A DNA stretch of 64,000 nucleotides, taken from NCBI GenBank assembly GCA_965216465.1, contig CBDCFW010000006.1, positions 128,001-192,000 on the forward strand, written 5' to 3'. Both the position numbers and the translations under genes were made by a program. The notes beneath the pieces were generated by a model that saw only the letters and a program-made list of their open reading frames with translations, had not been told where the DNA came from and did not search any database. Each line of letters opens with the position of its first letter. The first letter of the stretch is position 1. This DNA comes from Bacteroidia bacterium. GTDB lineage: Bacteria; Bacteroidota; Bacteroidia; NS11-12g; UBA9320. Positions 21,295 through 30,012 of this stretch are shown in pieces.

Positions 21295-21420
21295 TGTATT
21301 AATTAAACTACTGCTAATCAATACATTTTTATTGCCTTAAAAGTTTGCTGCAGAAAGTAGCATGGTTAATAGTTAGTTTAGTTAGGTTTAACTTGGGGGC
21401 AGTAACATGCCCCCAATTTT
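21295..21420 (+). ncRNA. Candidate small RNA 2 (unclassified)
   Basis: -7 box upstream, two short stems, single-stranded GGTTAATAGTTAGTTTAGTTAGGTTTAA tract, GC-rich terminal hairpin. Confidence 0.5.
21393..21420 (+). terminator. Intrinsic terminator-like hairpin
   Basis: TTGGGGGCA-GTAACA-TGCCCCCAA-TTTT, a perfect 9-bp stem. Confidence 0.65.
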
Positions 21421-21488
21421 ACCAAATACACTTCACTACAACATCAAAATCTTCACTTCATTATTTCTTAATTTCATTACTTTGTACT

Positions 21489-22478
21489 ACGAAGAATAGC
21501 AAAGAACATATTACCATTATAGATAGCTTAAGAGGTCTTGCCGTACTCGGCGTTTGCTTATTTCACTTTATTTCGGAGAACAGCAAGCTCGACAATCTTC
21601 AGTTCCTTCAAGATTCCTTTAGCTTTGGATCAAAAGGAGTTCAACTCTTCTTTGTAATATCAAGTATTGTCGTTCCGTTGGTGCTCATTAACGCTAATTA
21701 CTCAATTCGTTCGTTCTTCCGCTATTTACTACGTCGACTTACCCGACTTGAGCCCGTTTACCTAGCCTCAATCATATTTAGCATCGTATTAACCGTTTCA
21801 ATTGCATTGGCAAATAGTACAGAACCTGAGCTTAATCTAAGCTTAAACAATCTGTTATTGCACTTTGCATATTTAATCCCTTTTACAGCCGAAGGAGAAT
21901 GGATAAATCCTGTTTATTGGTCTTTAGCTATTGAATTTCAGTACTACATCGTTTTGGGACTTTGTTTCCCACTAGCCTTGTCAAAAAAAGTGGCCTTGAG
22001 GGCAATATTTTATATGCTATTCTTGGTTGGACCTTTGTTATTGCCAAGTCCAGAGCACTTTCCCTTTTGGGCACCTTACTTCCTTCTTGGGGTTATCTAC
22101 GTTCTTCGAATTAAAAATGAAACAACTTTTCAAGAAACCGTAGTTGTACTGGCATTGGCCGGTGTGTTAGTCTTAAAACATCAAGACCTAATTGATTTTT
22201 TGATCGCCGGTGGAGCCATCGGTATGATTCACTTCTTCAGAAATAAAAAACTTGGATTATTGCACAATCTTGGCTTAATCTCTTATTCAGTCTATCTATT
22301 TCACACTCTATTTGGAACCAAAATACAATCTATGTTTTTGGCCCGCTTCAATGGATACGGGGCTCAATTTTTAAGCATTTTTGTGGCACTATTTGCCACG
22401 GTCCTATTAGCATACGTCATGTACAGGCTAGTTGAAAAGCCTTCAAAAAACTTATCCAAGAAGGTAAAATATAATTAG
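21489..22478 (+). CDS. Acyltransferase family 3 (OafA/YrhL-like O-acyltransferase)
   Basis: IDSLRGLA, GVQLFFVISS, RRLTRL, WSLAIEFQYY, GLISYSVYLFH, YRLVEKP. No canonical start near the domain boundary; ACG at 21489 proposed. Confidence 0.85.
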   Translation, partial: TKNSKEHITIIDSLRGLAVLGVCLFHFISENSKLDNLQFLQDSFSFGSKGVQLFFVISSIVVPLVLINANYSIRSFFRYLLRRLTRLEPVYLASIIFSIVLTVSIALANSTEPELNLSLNNLLLHFAYLIPFTAEGEWINPVYWSLAIEFQYYIVLGLCFPLALSKKVALRAIFYMLFLVGPLLLPSPEHFPFWAPYFLLGVIYVLRIKNETTFQETVVVLALAGVLVLKHQDLIDFLIAGGAIGMIHFFRNKKLGLLHNLGLISYSVYLFHTLFGTKIQSMFLARFNGYGAQFLSIFVALFATVLLAYVMYRLVEKPSKNLSKKVKYN

Positions 22479-23335
22479 ATTCGAGCTACTATGCCAAGGG
22501 GTAAAACCTGCTTGGTTCTTGAACGTAAACACAACTCCATAATCTCCACTTTTCTATTTTTAAAATAGTCGAACATTAAGTTTTGAATAATGTAGGGCGA
22601 TAAACCAAGAGAGTACACATTTAGCACCAAAAATCCATTGTCGTCAAGAAGCTGCGAAACCTCGCTTAGCAATGTACCAAGCTTCTCCTCGAGTTTCCAA
22701 CGCTCTCCTTTTGCACCAATGCCATAAGCAGGAGGGTCAAGAATAATACCCTGATACTTTCGTCCTCGTTTTACCTCACGACTCACAAATTTTAAGGCAT
22801 CTTCTACAACCCATCGAATATTGTTCATCTTGCTGATTTGCTGATTCTCGTTGGCCCAGCTTACTACTTGTTTTATAGAATCTACATGCACTACATCAAC
22901 TCCAGCAAGTCGGGCTGCTAAAGAAGCACCACCGGTATATGCAAATAGATTAAGTACTGAAGCTTGTTTGCCTAAAGCTTTTGATCGCGAGTAGATATAG
23001 TCCCAGTTGGCAGCTTGTTCAGGAAATATGCCTATATGTTTAAAAGCTGTGAAATTTAATTTGAATTCAAATGATTTCTTATCAATTTGATAGGCTAAGC
23101 GCCAAGGTTGAGGTTTTCGCTTCAAGTTCCAATCCCCTCGATGACTTCCTTTTTGCTGAAATTCTCCATAAGCCATACTCTCCCACTCTCCTTGACTCAT
23201 TCTTGGGCTCCATATAGCCTGCGGCTCTGGTCGAATAAGAATATGTTCTCCAAACTTTTCTAACTTCTTGCCATTCCCACTATCAATGAGCTCATAATTC
23301 TTCCAATTTGTTGGAAATATTGCTTCTACTTTCAT
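22475..23335 (-). CDS. Class I SAM-dependent methyltransferase (RlmI/RlmK-like)
   Basis: VLNLFAYTGG SAM-binding motif, IILDPPAY, YELIDSG.GKKLE.FG. Confidence 0.85.
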   Translation of the reverse strand: MKVEAIFPTNWKNYELIDSGNGKKLEKFGEHILIRPEPQAIWSPRMSQGEWESMAYGEFQQKGSHRGDWNLKRKPQPWRLAYQIDKKSFEFKLNFTAFKHIGIFPEQAANWDYIYSRSKALGKQASVLNLFAYTGGASLAARLAGVDVVHVDSIKQVVSWANENQQISKMNNIRWVVEDALKFVSREVKRGRKYQGIILDPPAYGIGAKGERWKLEEKLGTLLSEVSQLLDDNGFLVLNVYSLGLSPYIIQNLMFDYFKNRKVEIMELCLRSRTKQVLPLGIVARI

Positions 23336-24040
23336 ACCGCAGTTACTTGTTCTTCTCTTAGGGCTGGCAAATTATTCATTCTAAGATAAATACTGGCCAA
23401 GGTTGACACATCTTTTTGACAATAATCGCTTATTCGCTCCAAGTCTTGATCTTCATAATACACTTGTGCAATCATGCTTCCGTCAATTTCATCCTTAGGA
23501 CTCGGAAGATCAAACACTTGAGCCAATAAATCGAGTGAAGTGTAAGCCTTGTAATCTCCGAACTTCCACAACTGAAGCGTATCAATATGTCGAACGTCCC
23601 AAGGTTTCTTACCAGCGAGATCAAGAATACTTGGTAGCTTAATTTGATGTACCAAGATTCTGCGACACAGATAAGGGTAGTCAAATTCTTTGCCATTGTG
23701 AGCACATAGGTAATGCCGGTCGCTGTTAAAGTTTAACTTCAGCAATTGCGTAAATTGTTCGAGAATAACCTTCTCATCGTGACCGAAAAAAACTCTTTAC
23801 CCGCAAGTTCAAGTTTCCACCTTTCTTAACGATATAACCCACCGAAATGCAAATAATCTTGCCAAATTCAGCATAGATTCCTGCACGTTCATATAACTCT
23901 TCAGGAGTTTCTTGTGCTCTGCTTAAAAATTTCGCTTTTTGGTCCCAAAGCTTTCTCCATTTATCAGAAAGATTGTTATAAGATTCCTGTTGGGGGACTG
24001 TCTCAATGTCGAGAAATAAGATGTTTTCTAATTTGATCAT
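23332..24040 (-). pseudogene. Frameshifted PolB-type/DnaQ-like 3'-5' exonuclease (split into two ORFs)
   Basis: ExoI FLDIET in the 5' ORF; ExoII HNGKEFD and ExoIII YCQKD in the 3' ORF. Removing one T from the T7 run (23786-23792) gives one 235-aa frame. Confidence 0.8.
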
Positions 24041-24064
24041 GTCCGATTGCAAAGGTAGTAAGAA

Positions 24065-24811
24065 TTACCAGCTACCTCCTGCACCTCCACCACCAAAACT
24101 TCCTCCACCGAAACCGCCGCCAAAGCCACCGCCTCCTCCGAAGCTTCCGCCCCCTCCACCAAAGCCGCCACCACCGATCCAAATCGGTCCTCGCGATGAT
24201 GTGGGTCTGTTTCTGTAGGTTTTGCCATCATTTCCTCCACTACTGAAGAAAAATAGAAGGATTAAAATGATAAGGATGATTACCCAAATAGGTATCCCTT
24301 CACTTTCTCTTTTCTTTTTATCAAATACATGCTCCCCGGCTGCTAGACGAATGATAACATCTGTTGCTTCATCAAATCCTTGGCCATAACGATTCTGCTT
24401 GAAATTTGGCAAAAGATTTTGATTAATGATGCGCTTTGCATAAGCATCCGGAACTACTCCTTCCATGCCATCTCCTACCTGAATGTAAACTTTACGATCA
24501 CGAATTGCAGCATAAATTAATATCCCATTGTCTTTGCCTTCTTGGCCAATTCCCCATGATTCAGCTAACCGATGTGTATAATCGAATATGTCGTCACCTT
24601 CTAGAGAGCTTTCTGTTACAATGGCAATTTCTGTAGAAGTTGAATCGTAATAAGCCTTCAATTTTCTTAACAGGTGAACTTCTTGGTCAGACTCCAATAC
24701 ATGACCATAATCCTGCACCCAGCGATAGTCTTTTGGAGGTGGAGGAACTTGTTTCGCCGATGCTCCTAGTGCACACAATATGACAAGAAACGACAATATT
24801 CTACTTCCCAT
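24065..24811 (-). CDS. TPM domain protein (YgcG-like) with Gly-rich tail
   Basis: WGIGQEGKDNGILI, IQVGDGMEGVVPD, TM helix, GGGSFGGGGAGGSW. Confidence 0.9.
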   Translation of the reverse strand: MGSRILSFLVILCALGASAKQVPPPPKDYRWVQDYGHVLESDQEVHLLRKLKAYYDSTSTEIAIVTESSLEGDDIFDYTHRLAESWGIGQEGKDNGILIYAAIRDRKVYIQVGDGMEGVVPDAYAKRIINQNLLPNFKQNRYGQGFDEATDVIIRLAAGEHVFDKKKRESEGIPIWVIILIILILLFFFSSGGNDGKTYRNRPTSSRGPIWIGGGGFGGGGGSFGGGGGFGGGFGGGSFGGGGAGGSW

Positions 24812-25244
24812 AGCTAATCTCATTAGGCAATTCGTTTTCGTCATCTTCTTGATAGGGAAAGTGATTTTTCAACTGAATTCCTGCTTCTTGAATTCCAGCA
24901 ACTACTCCTCCAGCCAAATTGCCAGAAGCAAATTGTGCTCTCATTTTTTCTTTCGTAGACTCCCAAAAATCACCAGGCACCACGGCATCGATCCCTTGGT
25001 CACCTACGATTGCAAACTTGTGCTCCTTTACTGCAACATAAATGAGCACTCCATTTCTAAGCTTTGTGTTTTGTAGCTCTAAGTGGTCAAAAATATTCTG
25101 AGCCTTGAATAACGGGTCAGATTTACACCATTTGTCAAGGTGTATTCTAATTTCTCCAGAAGTCTGTTTTTCAGCTTCAACGATGGCATCTACCACCTGT
25201 TTTTCCTCGTATTCTGAGAGGGGTTTCCAGTTTAATCCGAACAT
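24801..25244 (-). CDS. TPM domain protein
   Basis: AEKQTSGEIRIH, RNGVLIYVA, GDQGID, DENELPNEI. Confidence 0.88.
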   Translation of the reverse strand: MFGLNWKPLSEYEEKQVVDAIVEAEKQTSGEIRIHLDKWCKSDPLFKAQNIFDHLELQNTKLRNGVLIYVAVKEHKFAIVGDQGIDAVVPGDFWESTKEKMRAQFASGNLAGGVVAGIQEAGIQLKNHFPYQEDDENELPNEISYGK

Positions 25245-25246
25245 GT

Positions 25247-25828
25247 TTAGAATTCAACAACCGGAGCTTCATCTGCTCCTTCAGCTGACTCGAAGTATGG
25301 TTTTCGTTCAAATCCAAATATGCTGGCTACCAGTGTTCCAGGGAATCTTCGTGTTTTTGCGTTGTAAGCTTTCGCTTGCTCATTGAATCGATCTCTCGCA
25401 ACGGTTATTCTGTTTTCGGTACCTTCCAGTTGAGCTTGGAGTTCTAAAAAATTCTGATTCGCTTTTAAGTCTGGATAGCGTTCTACGGTTACCAATAAAC
25501 GAGAAAGTGCACTAGAAACTTCACCTTGGCTTGCTTGAAATTGTTGCAATTGTTCCTGCGTCATGTTTGAAGGGTCAATTGTCGTTTGAGAAGCTTTTGC
25601 TCTCGCTTCAATAACTTGCGTCAAGGTTTCTTGTTCAAAATCTGCATACCCTTTCACTGTATTCACCAAATTTGGAATTAAATCCATTCTTCGTTGATAC
25701 TGATTCTCTACATTACCCCAAGTCCCGTCAATGTCCTCTTCCATATTCACAAACGAGTTGTATGATTTGATGCCCCACAATACTCCAATAGCAAGCAGGC
25801 CTAAAATTATTAATGTTCCTCTTTTCAT
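25247..25828 (-). CDS. lemA: LemA family protein
   Basis: YQRRMDLIPNLVNTVKGY, ERYPDLKANQNF..LQAQLEGTENRI. Confidence 0.93.
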   Translation of the reverse strand: MKRGTLIILGLLAIGVLWGIKSYNSFVNMEEDIDGTWGNVENQYQRRMDLIPNLVNTVKGYADFEQETLTQVIEARAKASQTTIDPSNMTQEQLQQFQASQGEVSSALSRLLVTVERYPDLKANQNFLELQAQLEGTENRITVARDRFNEQAKAYNAKTRRFPGTLVASIFGFERKPYFESAEGADEAPVVEF

Positions 25829-25960
25829 TCTAAATTTTGATTTAACTCCAACAAAGTAAGCTATTTATATTGATAGTTTTTCACATTCGCACCGCCTAAA
25901 CGATAAACTTCACCACATATTAGTCAAGATTCAAAATGTTTGAATTACTTTGCTAAGCTC

Positions 25961-26995
25961 ATGGATACTAGAAAACTGGATTACCTGAATATCGGACTGA
26001 TGGTTGTCTCATTTATTGTTGCCGTCAAATTTCCATTTCACCTTTTTCTAATGGCCTACGCAATCTTAGGACCACTCCATTACCTTACTGAAATTGGCTG
26101 GCTCGATAAAAGAAGCTACTTCGCCACCAATAAAAGAGATGTTTGGTTACTCGTTCTGCTATGTGCGATGATGACCTTCGGGTTTGCTTACAACCAGTTT
26201 GAGCACTTTGAATGGACTAAAACTTGGAAGACCGCAATCGACAACTCGGCTTTTAAACCTGTTTCAGACTTTATGGTGAAATACGACAAGAGCTTTGTGT
26301 TCTTGGCATTCTATACCGCAATCATGATGACTTTTATAAAGAAGAAGTGGTGGCGTTACGGACTCATGTTGCCAGGCTTAGTCATTGCTTACTTCCTGCA
26401 TTCCGTTAATGCTTATATCATGATAATCGGTGTAATGTTACCAACGGTAATTCACGTTTATGTCTTTACTGGAGCATTCATTTTATACGGTGCCTTAAAA
26501 TCAAGAAGTGTCAGTGGATATGCCTCGTTGATGGTATTCTTGCTCATCTTATTCTTTATTATCTTCCAACATCCAGACAAAGACAAGTATGCTCTAGAGG
26601 GATATTGGTTAGAAGCCATGAAAGCTAGCAATTTTCATGCAATCACCTATGCAATTGCAGACTTCTTTAATTGGACACGCGGTCAATATTATGTGATTTC
26701 AACGCTTGGTTTGAAACTGCAAATATTTATAGCCTTCGCGTATACCTATCACTACCTTAACTGGTTCAGCAAAACCAAGGTGATAAACTGGCACAAAGTG
26801 TCTAGAGCTAGACTAATCTCTGCCTTTGCGGTTTGGGCTGCATCTGTAGCTTTATACTTCTACGATTACAAAATCGGATTGGCAGCACTCTTTTTCTTGA
26901 GCGTGTTGCATGTATTTCTTGAATTCCCACTAAATCATTTAACCTTCGTTGGCATTTTTAAAGAAATTAAGAATCGAATCATACCAAATAAATGA
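25961..26995 (+). CDS. Polytopic membrane protein with four His-containing motifs, function unknown
   Basis: About 9-10 TM segments. GPLHYLTE, TVIHVYVFTG, YTYHYLNWFSKT, LHVFLEFPLNH. Confidence 0.65.
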   Translation: MDTRKLDYLNIGLMVVSFIVAVKFPFHLFLMAYAILGPLHYLTEIGWLDKRSYFATNKRDVWLLVLLCAMMTFGFAYNQFEHFEWTKTWKTAIDNSAFKPVSDFMVKYDKSFVFLAFYTAIMMTFIKKKWWRYGLMLPGLVIAYFLHSVNAYIMIIGVMLPTVIHVYVFTGAFILYGALKSRSVSGYASLMVFLLILFFIIFQHPDKDKYALEGYWLEAMKASNFHAITYAIADFFNWTRGQYYVISTLGLKLQIFIAFAYTYHYLNWFSKTKVINWHKVSRARLISAFAVWAASVALYFYDYKIGLAALFFLSVLHVFLEFPLNHLTFVGIFKEIKNRIIPNK

Positions 26996-28752
26996 AAGTA
27001 ATTAATGTTTTAAGAAACATTAATCCCTACATCGTCTTACTAATCTCAACTACGCTATCTTGCCTTGGCTCTTCGGCACAAGTCAATGAAAACTTCAGTA
27101 ATGGTGAGCTGCTCAACAACCCACAATGGCAGTTTTCCAATGAAGATTTTGTTGTAAATGACAGCATGTTGCAATCCAACAACTCTACACCCAATTCAAA
27201 GTTTTGGATGACTACACAAGTTGATCAGCTAGAAGAAATGGAGTGGAAATTTTGGATTGACCTCAAGATTGCCACCTCATCTGCCAACTTTGTCGAGTTT
27301 CATTTGCTATCAGACACTAGTGCATTAGACCTAAGCTCTGGATATATTTTACGTATTGGAGGCACTAAGGATGATATAAGGCTAATCAAGAAGATAAATG
27401 GAAGCGAGGTTATTCTGATTGACGGTCCTGATAAAATGACGGAATATGGCACTTTCAGGTTTCGAATCTTGTACGAAAATGATACTTGGAAGCTTTATTT
27501 GGATCCAGAAGGAGGAGAGTCTTATGCATTCTTGGGGGTGCAAATTGATAGTGCAGTTCTTGCCTATTCACGATTTGGAATTTTAATACGACAAAGTTCA
27601 TCGAGCTTTCACCAAAAACACTTCTTTGATGATTTATATATAGGTCCAATAATTAAAGATACCACTGGACCCAAGCTGCTATCGGCCGATAATCATTCCA
27701 AAAACATCCAATTAACATTTGACGAGAAGGTCTTAGTTGATGATGCTAACATCTATCTTACCCCAGATGCTCACTTTGAGGTCACATCAGAGCACCATCA
27801 AATAATCCTGACTTTTGACACTTTAATCAATGGCACCTATCAACTTTGGTTGCATGGAGTCAAGGATAGTTTAGAAAACGTGTCTGATACCATGTTTGAA
27901 TTTGACTATGTGAATCTACACTATCCAAAAAGAGGCGATATACTTATTAACGAGGTCTTATTCAATCCTTTCACGGATGGAGTTGATTTTGTTGAATTGT
28001 ATAATAATACATCAAAGCACATGATACTGAATGGAAATATGGCAAGGGTAAAAGACAGTAGCATAAGCGATCACAAGGAACTTGATTCAACAATTTTGGC
28101 TCCCTTGGCTTATATGGCATTTAGTTCCGACACAACCAAACTAAAAACCTACCACCCCAATGCCATGAATCTTAAACAAGTATACGCCCTCCCTCCCATG
28201 AACAATCAAGAAGAAGTGGTGGTATTACTCGATTCTGGATTAATGATTATTGATAGTATTTATTATCATGAAGATTTTCATTTTCAGTTGTTAGACGACT
28301 TTGAAGGCGTGAGTTTGGAACGCATCTATTTCAATAAACTCGGTACAGATTCAGACAATTGGCATTCAGCCTCGAGTGATGTGGGATATGCTACACCTGG
28401 ATTTCAAAATTCCCAGTTTCAAAAGGGTAAAACGGCAGAAACGAAATTTTCGCTTCGGTCCGATGTGATCTCTCCAGATGGAGATGGAGTTGATGATTTG
28501 CTGCATCTTCTTTATTCAGTGCCCAAAGGCTGGGTATTGAATGGCTATGTTTTTACGGCTTCAGGGCACTTTGTACACCATGTATTTTCCAACAAAACAC
28601 TTTCAACTTCGGGCTATTTAAATTGGGACGGGATATTGAATGATGGTTCTAAGCTTCCAATCGAGCGGTACATCCTCTATATTGAAGCATTCGACCTCAA
28701 TGGTGAATTAAGTCGTGTAAAAATACCTTTTAGTGTGGTGGCTCGTTTCTAG
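26992..28752 (+). CDS. Secreted lamin-tail-domain protein with T9SS type-B/FlgD-like C-terminus
   Basis: GDILINEVLFNP...DFVELYN, GVSLER, ATPG.QNS. C-terminal ISPDGDGVDD...WDG. Confidence 0.75.
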   Translation: MKVINVLRNINPYIVLLISTTLSCLGSSAQVNENFSNGELLNNPQWQFSNEDFVVNDSMLQSNNSTPNSKFWMTTQVDQLEEMEWKFWIDLKIATSSANFVEFHLLSDTSALDLSSGYILRIGGTKDDIRLIKKINGSEVILIDGPDKMTEYGTFRFRILYENDTWKLYLDPEGGESYAFLGVQIDSAVLAYSRFGILIRQSSSSFHQKHFFDDLYIGPIIKDTTGPKLLSADNHSKNIQLTFDEKVLVDDANIYLTPDAHFEVTSEHHQIILTFDTLINGTYQLWLHGVKDSLENVSDTMFEFDYVNLHYPKRGDILINEVLFNPFTDGVDFVELYNNTSKHMILNGNMARVKDSSISDHKELDSTILAPLAYMAFSSDTTKLKTYHPNAMNLKQVYALPPMNNQEEVVVLLDSGLMIIDSIYYHEDFHFQLLDDFEGVSLERIYFNKLGTDSDNWHSASSDVGYATPGFQNSQFQKGKTAETKFSLRSDVISPDGDGVDDLLHLLYSVPKGWVLNGYVFTASGHFVHHVFSNKTLSTSGYLNWDGILNDGSKLPIERYILYIEAFDLNGELSRVKIPFSVVARF

Positions 28753-28772
28753 CTAATAGTTAGATTTGCCTC

Positions 28773-30011
28773 ATGCGATTAGGAATACTTCTATTATTAA
28801 TAACCACAATTCATTTTGGGTTTGCTCAAAAGACAAAGAAGGTAAAAAACATTACTGAAGATTACTTTGAATACTATCACGTTTTAAAAGATAGTAAAGA
28901 AGTAAGGCATGGCGATTATTTTAAGAGATCCAGGTCGGGCATTCTGCTAGAGGCGGGTGAATACAGCAATGGAATAAAAAATGGTGAGTGGACCAAAAGA
29001 CATGGAGCGATTTATAACAAATACTATTACAAGCAAGGCAAACTAGATAGTTTTGATGGTATCATAGAGTCTGAAAGGGTAAAGATAAAATATGACGCCA
29101 ATGAACAACCTATTCATAGAATAAAAGTCACGGAAAGTTATATCGAACATCAGAACTTTGATATCTCTGGAGGATTATACGCTGTAGTTGCTAATAATGA
29201 CACCATTGTTTTAGGAACGTATGTTAATTGGCTAAAGCATGGGACCTGGTATTACAAAAATCAAAACAACACATTTTGTCAATTCAATTATTCGAACGGA
29301 AAATTGGTAGGAAAACAGCAATCCTATTACCCAGATGGAAATGTATTTAGAACAGAATATCGTAATAATGAAGGTGATCTATCTGGACCATGTGTTATTC
29401 TATACTCAAACAGTGACACGCTCTGCGAACTTAATTATAAAGATGGAAAATTACATGGTCCGGTAAAGGCATGGTATCCAACCGCTGGCAAGTTTTGTGA
29501 AGGTTGGTATGAAGAAGGCAAACTAATGGAGTTTACGGAATTTGATAAAAGCGGTTTTGTTCGAAAGAATAAAGTTTCAAATGGTAAAGGAATTGTTGCA
29601 ATATATAATCAAACAGGACAAGTAAAAAAAGAGTTAAAGGTAATCAACGGTTTACCAAAAGGGGACACCTCTATGCTAGAGCTGAGTTTTGAGCATCTTT
29701 CTGAAATAAAGTCAGATGGAATGCATGATGCTATCTCTAATGATATTCATTACACCATTGCCAATGAAATTACCTACCCATCGCTTGCGTTAGAAAACGA
29801 CATCACTGGAGTGGTTAGATTCAAAATAAAAATTAATCGGTCAATTGCGGAGACGGAGTACGAGGTTATAAGCCGAAAGCTAGGTTTTGGGTTAGAAGAG
29901 GAAGCTTTAAGAGTCTTAAAGTATGCATCTAAAGATTGGCAAGTTCCTGTTATCTTTGGATTTCCACAAGTAGGCATATATTCATACCCCATAAAATTCC
30001 AAATATTCTAA
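28773..30011 (+). CDS. MORN/YwqK-type repeat protein fused to a TonB C-terminal domain
   Basis: Repeats such as YKDGKLHGPVKAWYP. C-terminal ITYPSLALENDITGVVRF...GFGLEEEALRV...YPIKF. Confidence 0.7.
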   Translation: MRLGILLLLITTIHFGFAQKTKKVKNITEDYFEYYHVLKDSKEVRHGDYFKRSRSGILLEAGEYSNGIKNGEWTKRHGAIYNKYYYKQGKLDSFDGIIESERVKIKYDANEQPIHRIKVTESYIEHQNFDISGGLYAVVANNDTIVLGTYVNWLKHGTWYYKNQNNTFCQFNYSNGKLVGKQQSYYPDGNVFRTEYRNNEGDLSGPCVILYSNSDTLCELNYKDGKLHGPVKAWYPTAGKFCEGWYEEGKLMEFTEFDKSGFVRKNKVSNGKGIVAIYNQTGQVKKELKVINGLPKGDTSMLELSFEHLSEIKSDGMHDAISNDIHYTIANEITYPSLALENDITGVVRFKIKINRSIAETEYEVISRKLGFGLEEEALRVLKYASKDWQVPVIFGFPQVGIYSYPIKFQIF

Positions 30012-30012
30012 G

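Noticed and set aside
21345-21488. N-terminal extension of the acyltransferase in the ORF track
   Set aside because: Crosses a terminator hairpin and a low-complexity tract and has no family resemblance.
24006-24240. Proline-rich + strand ORF and GC-rich (CCN)n repeat-like tract
   Set aside because: It is the antisense of the Gly-rich tail of the TPM protein, not a separate gene or repeat array.
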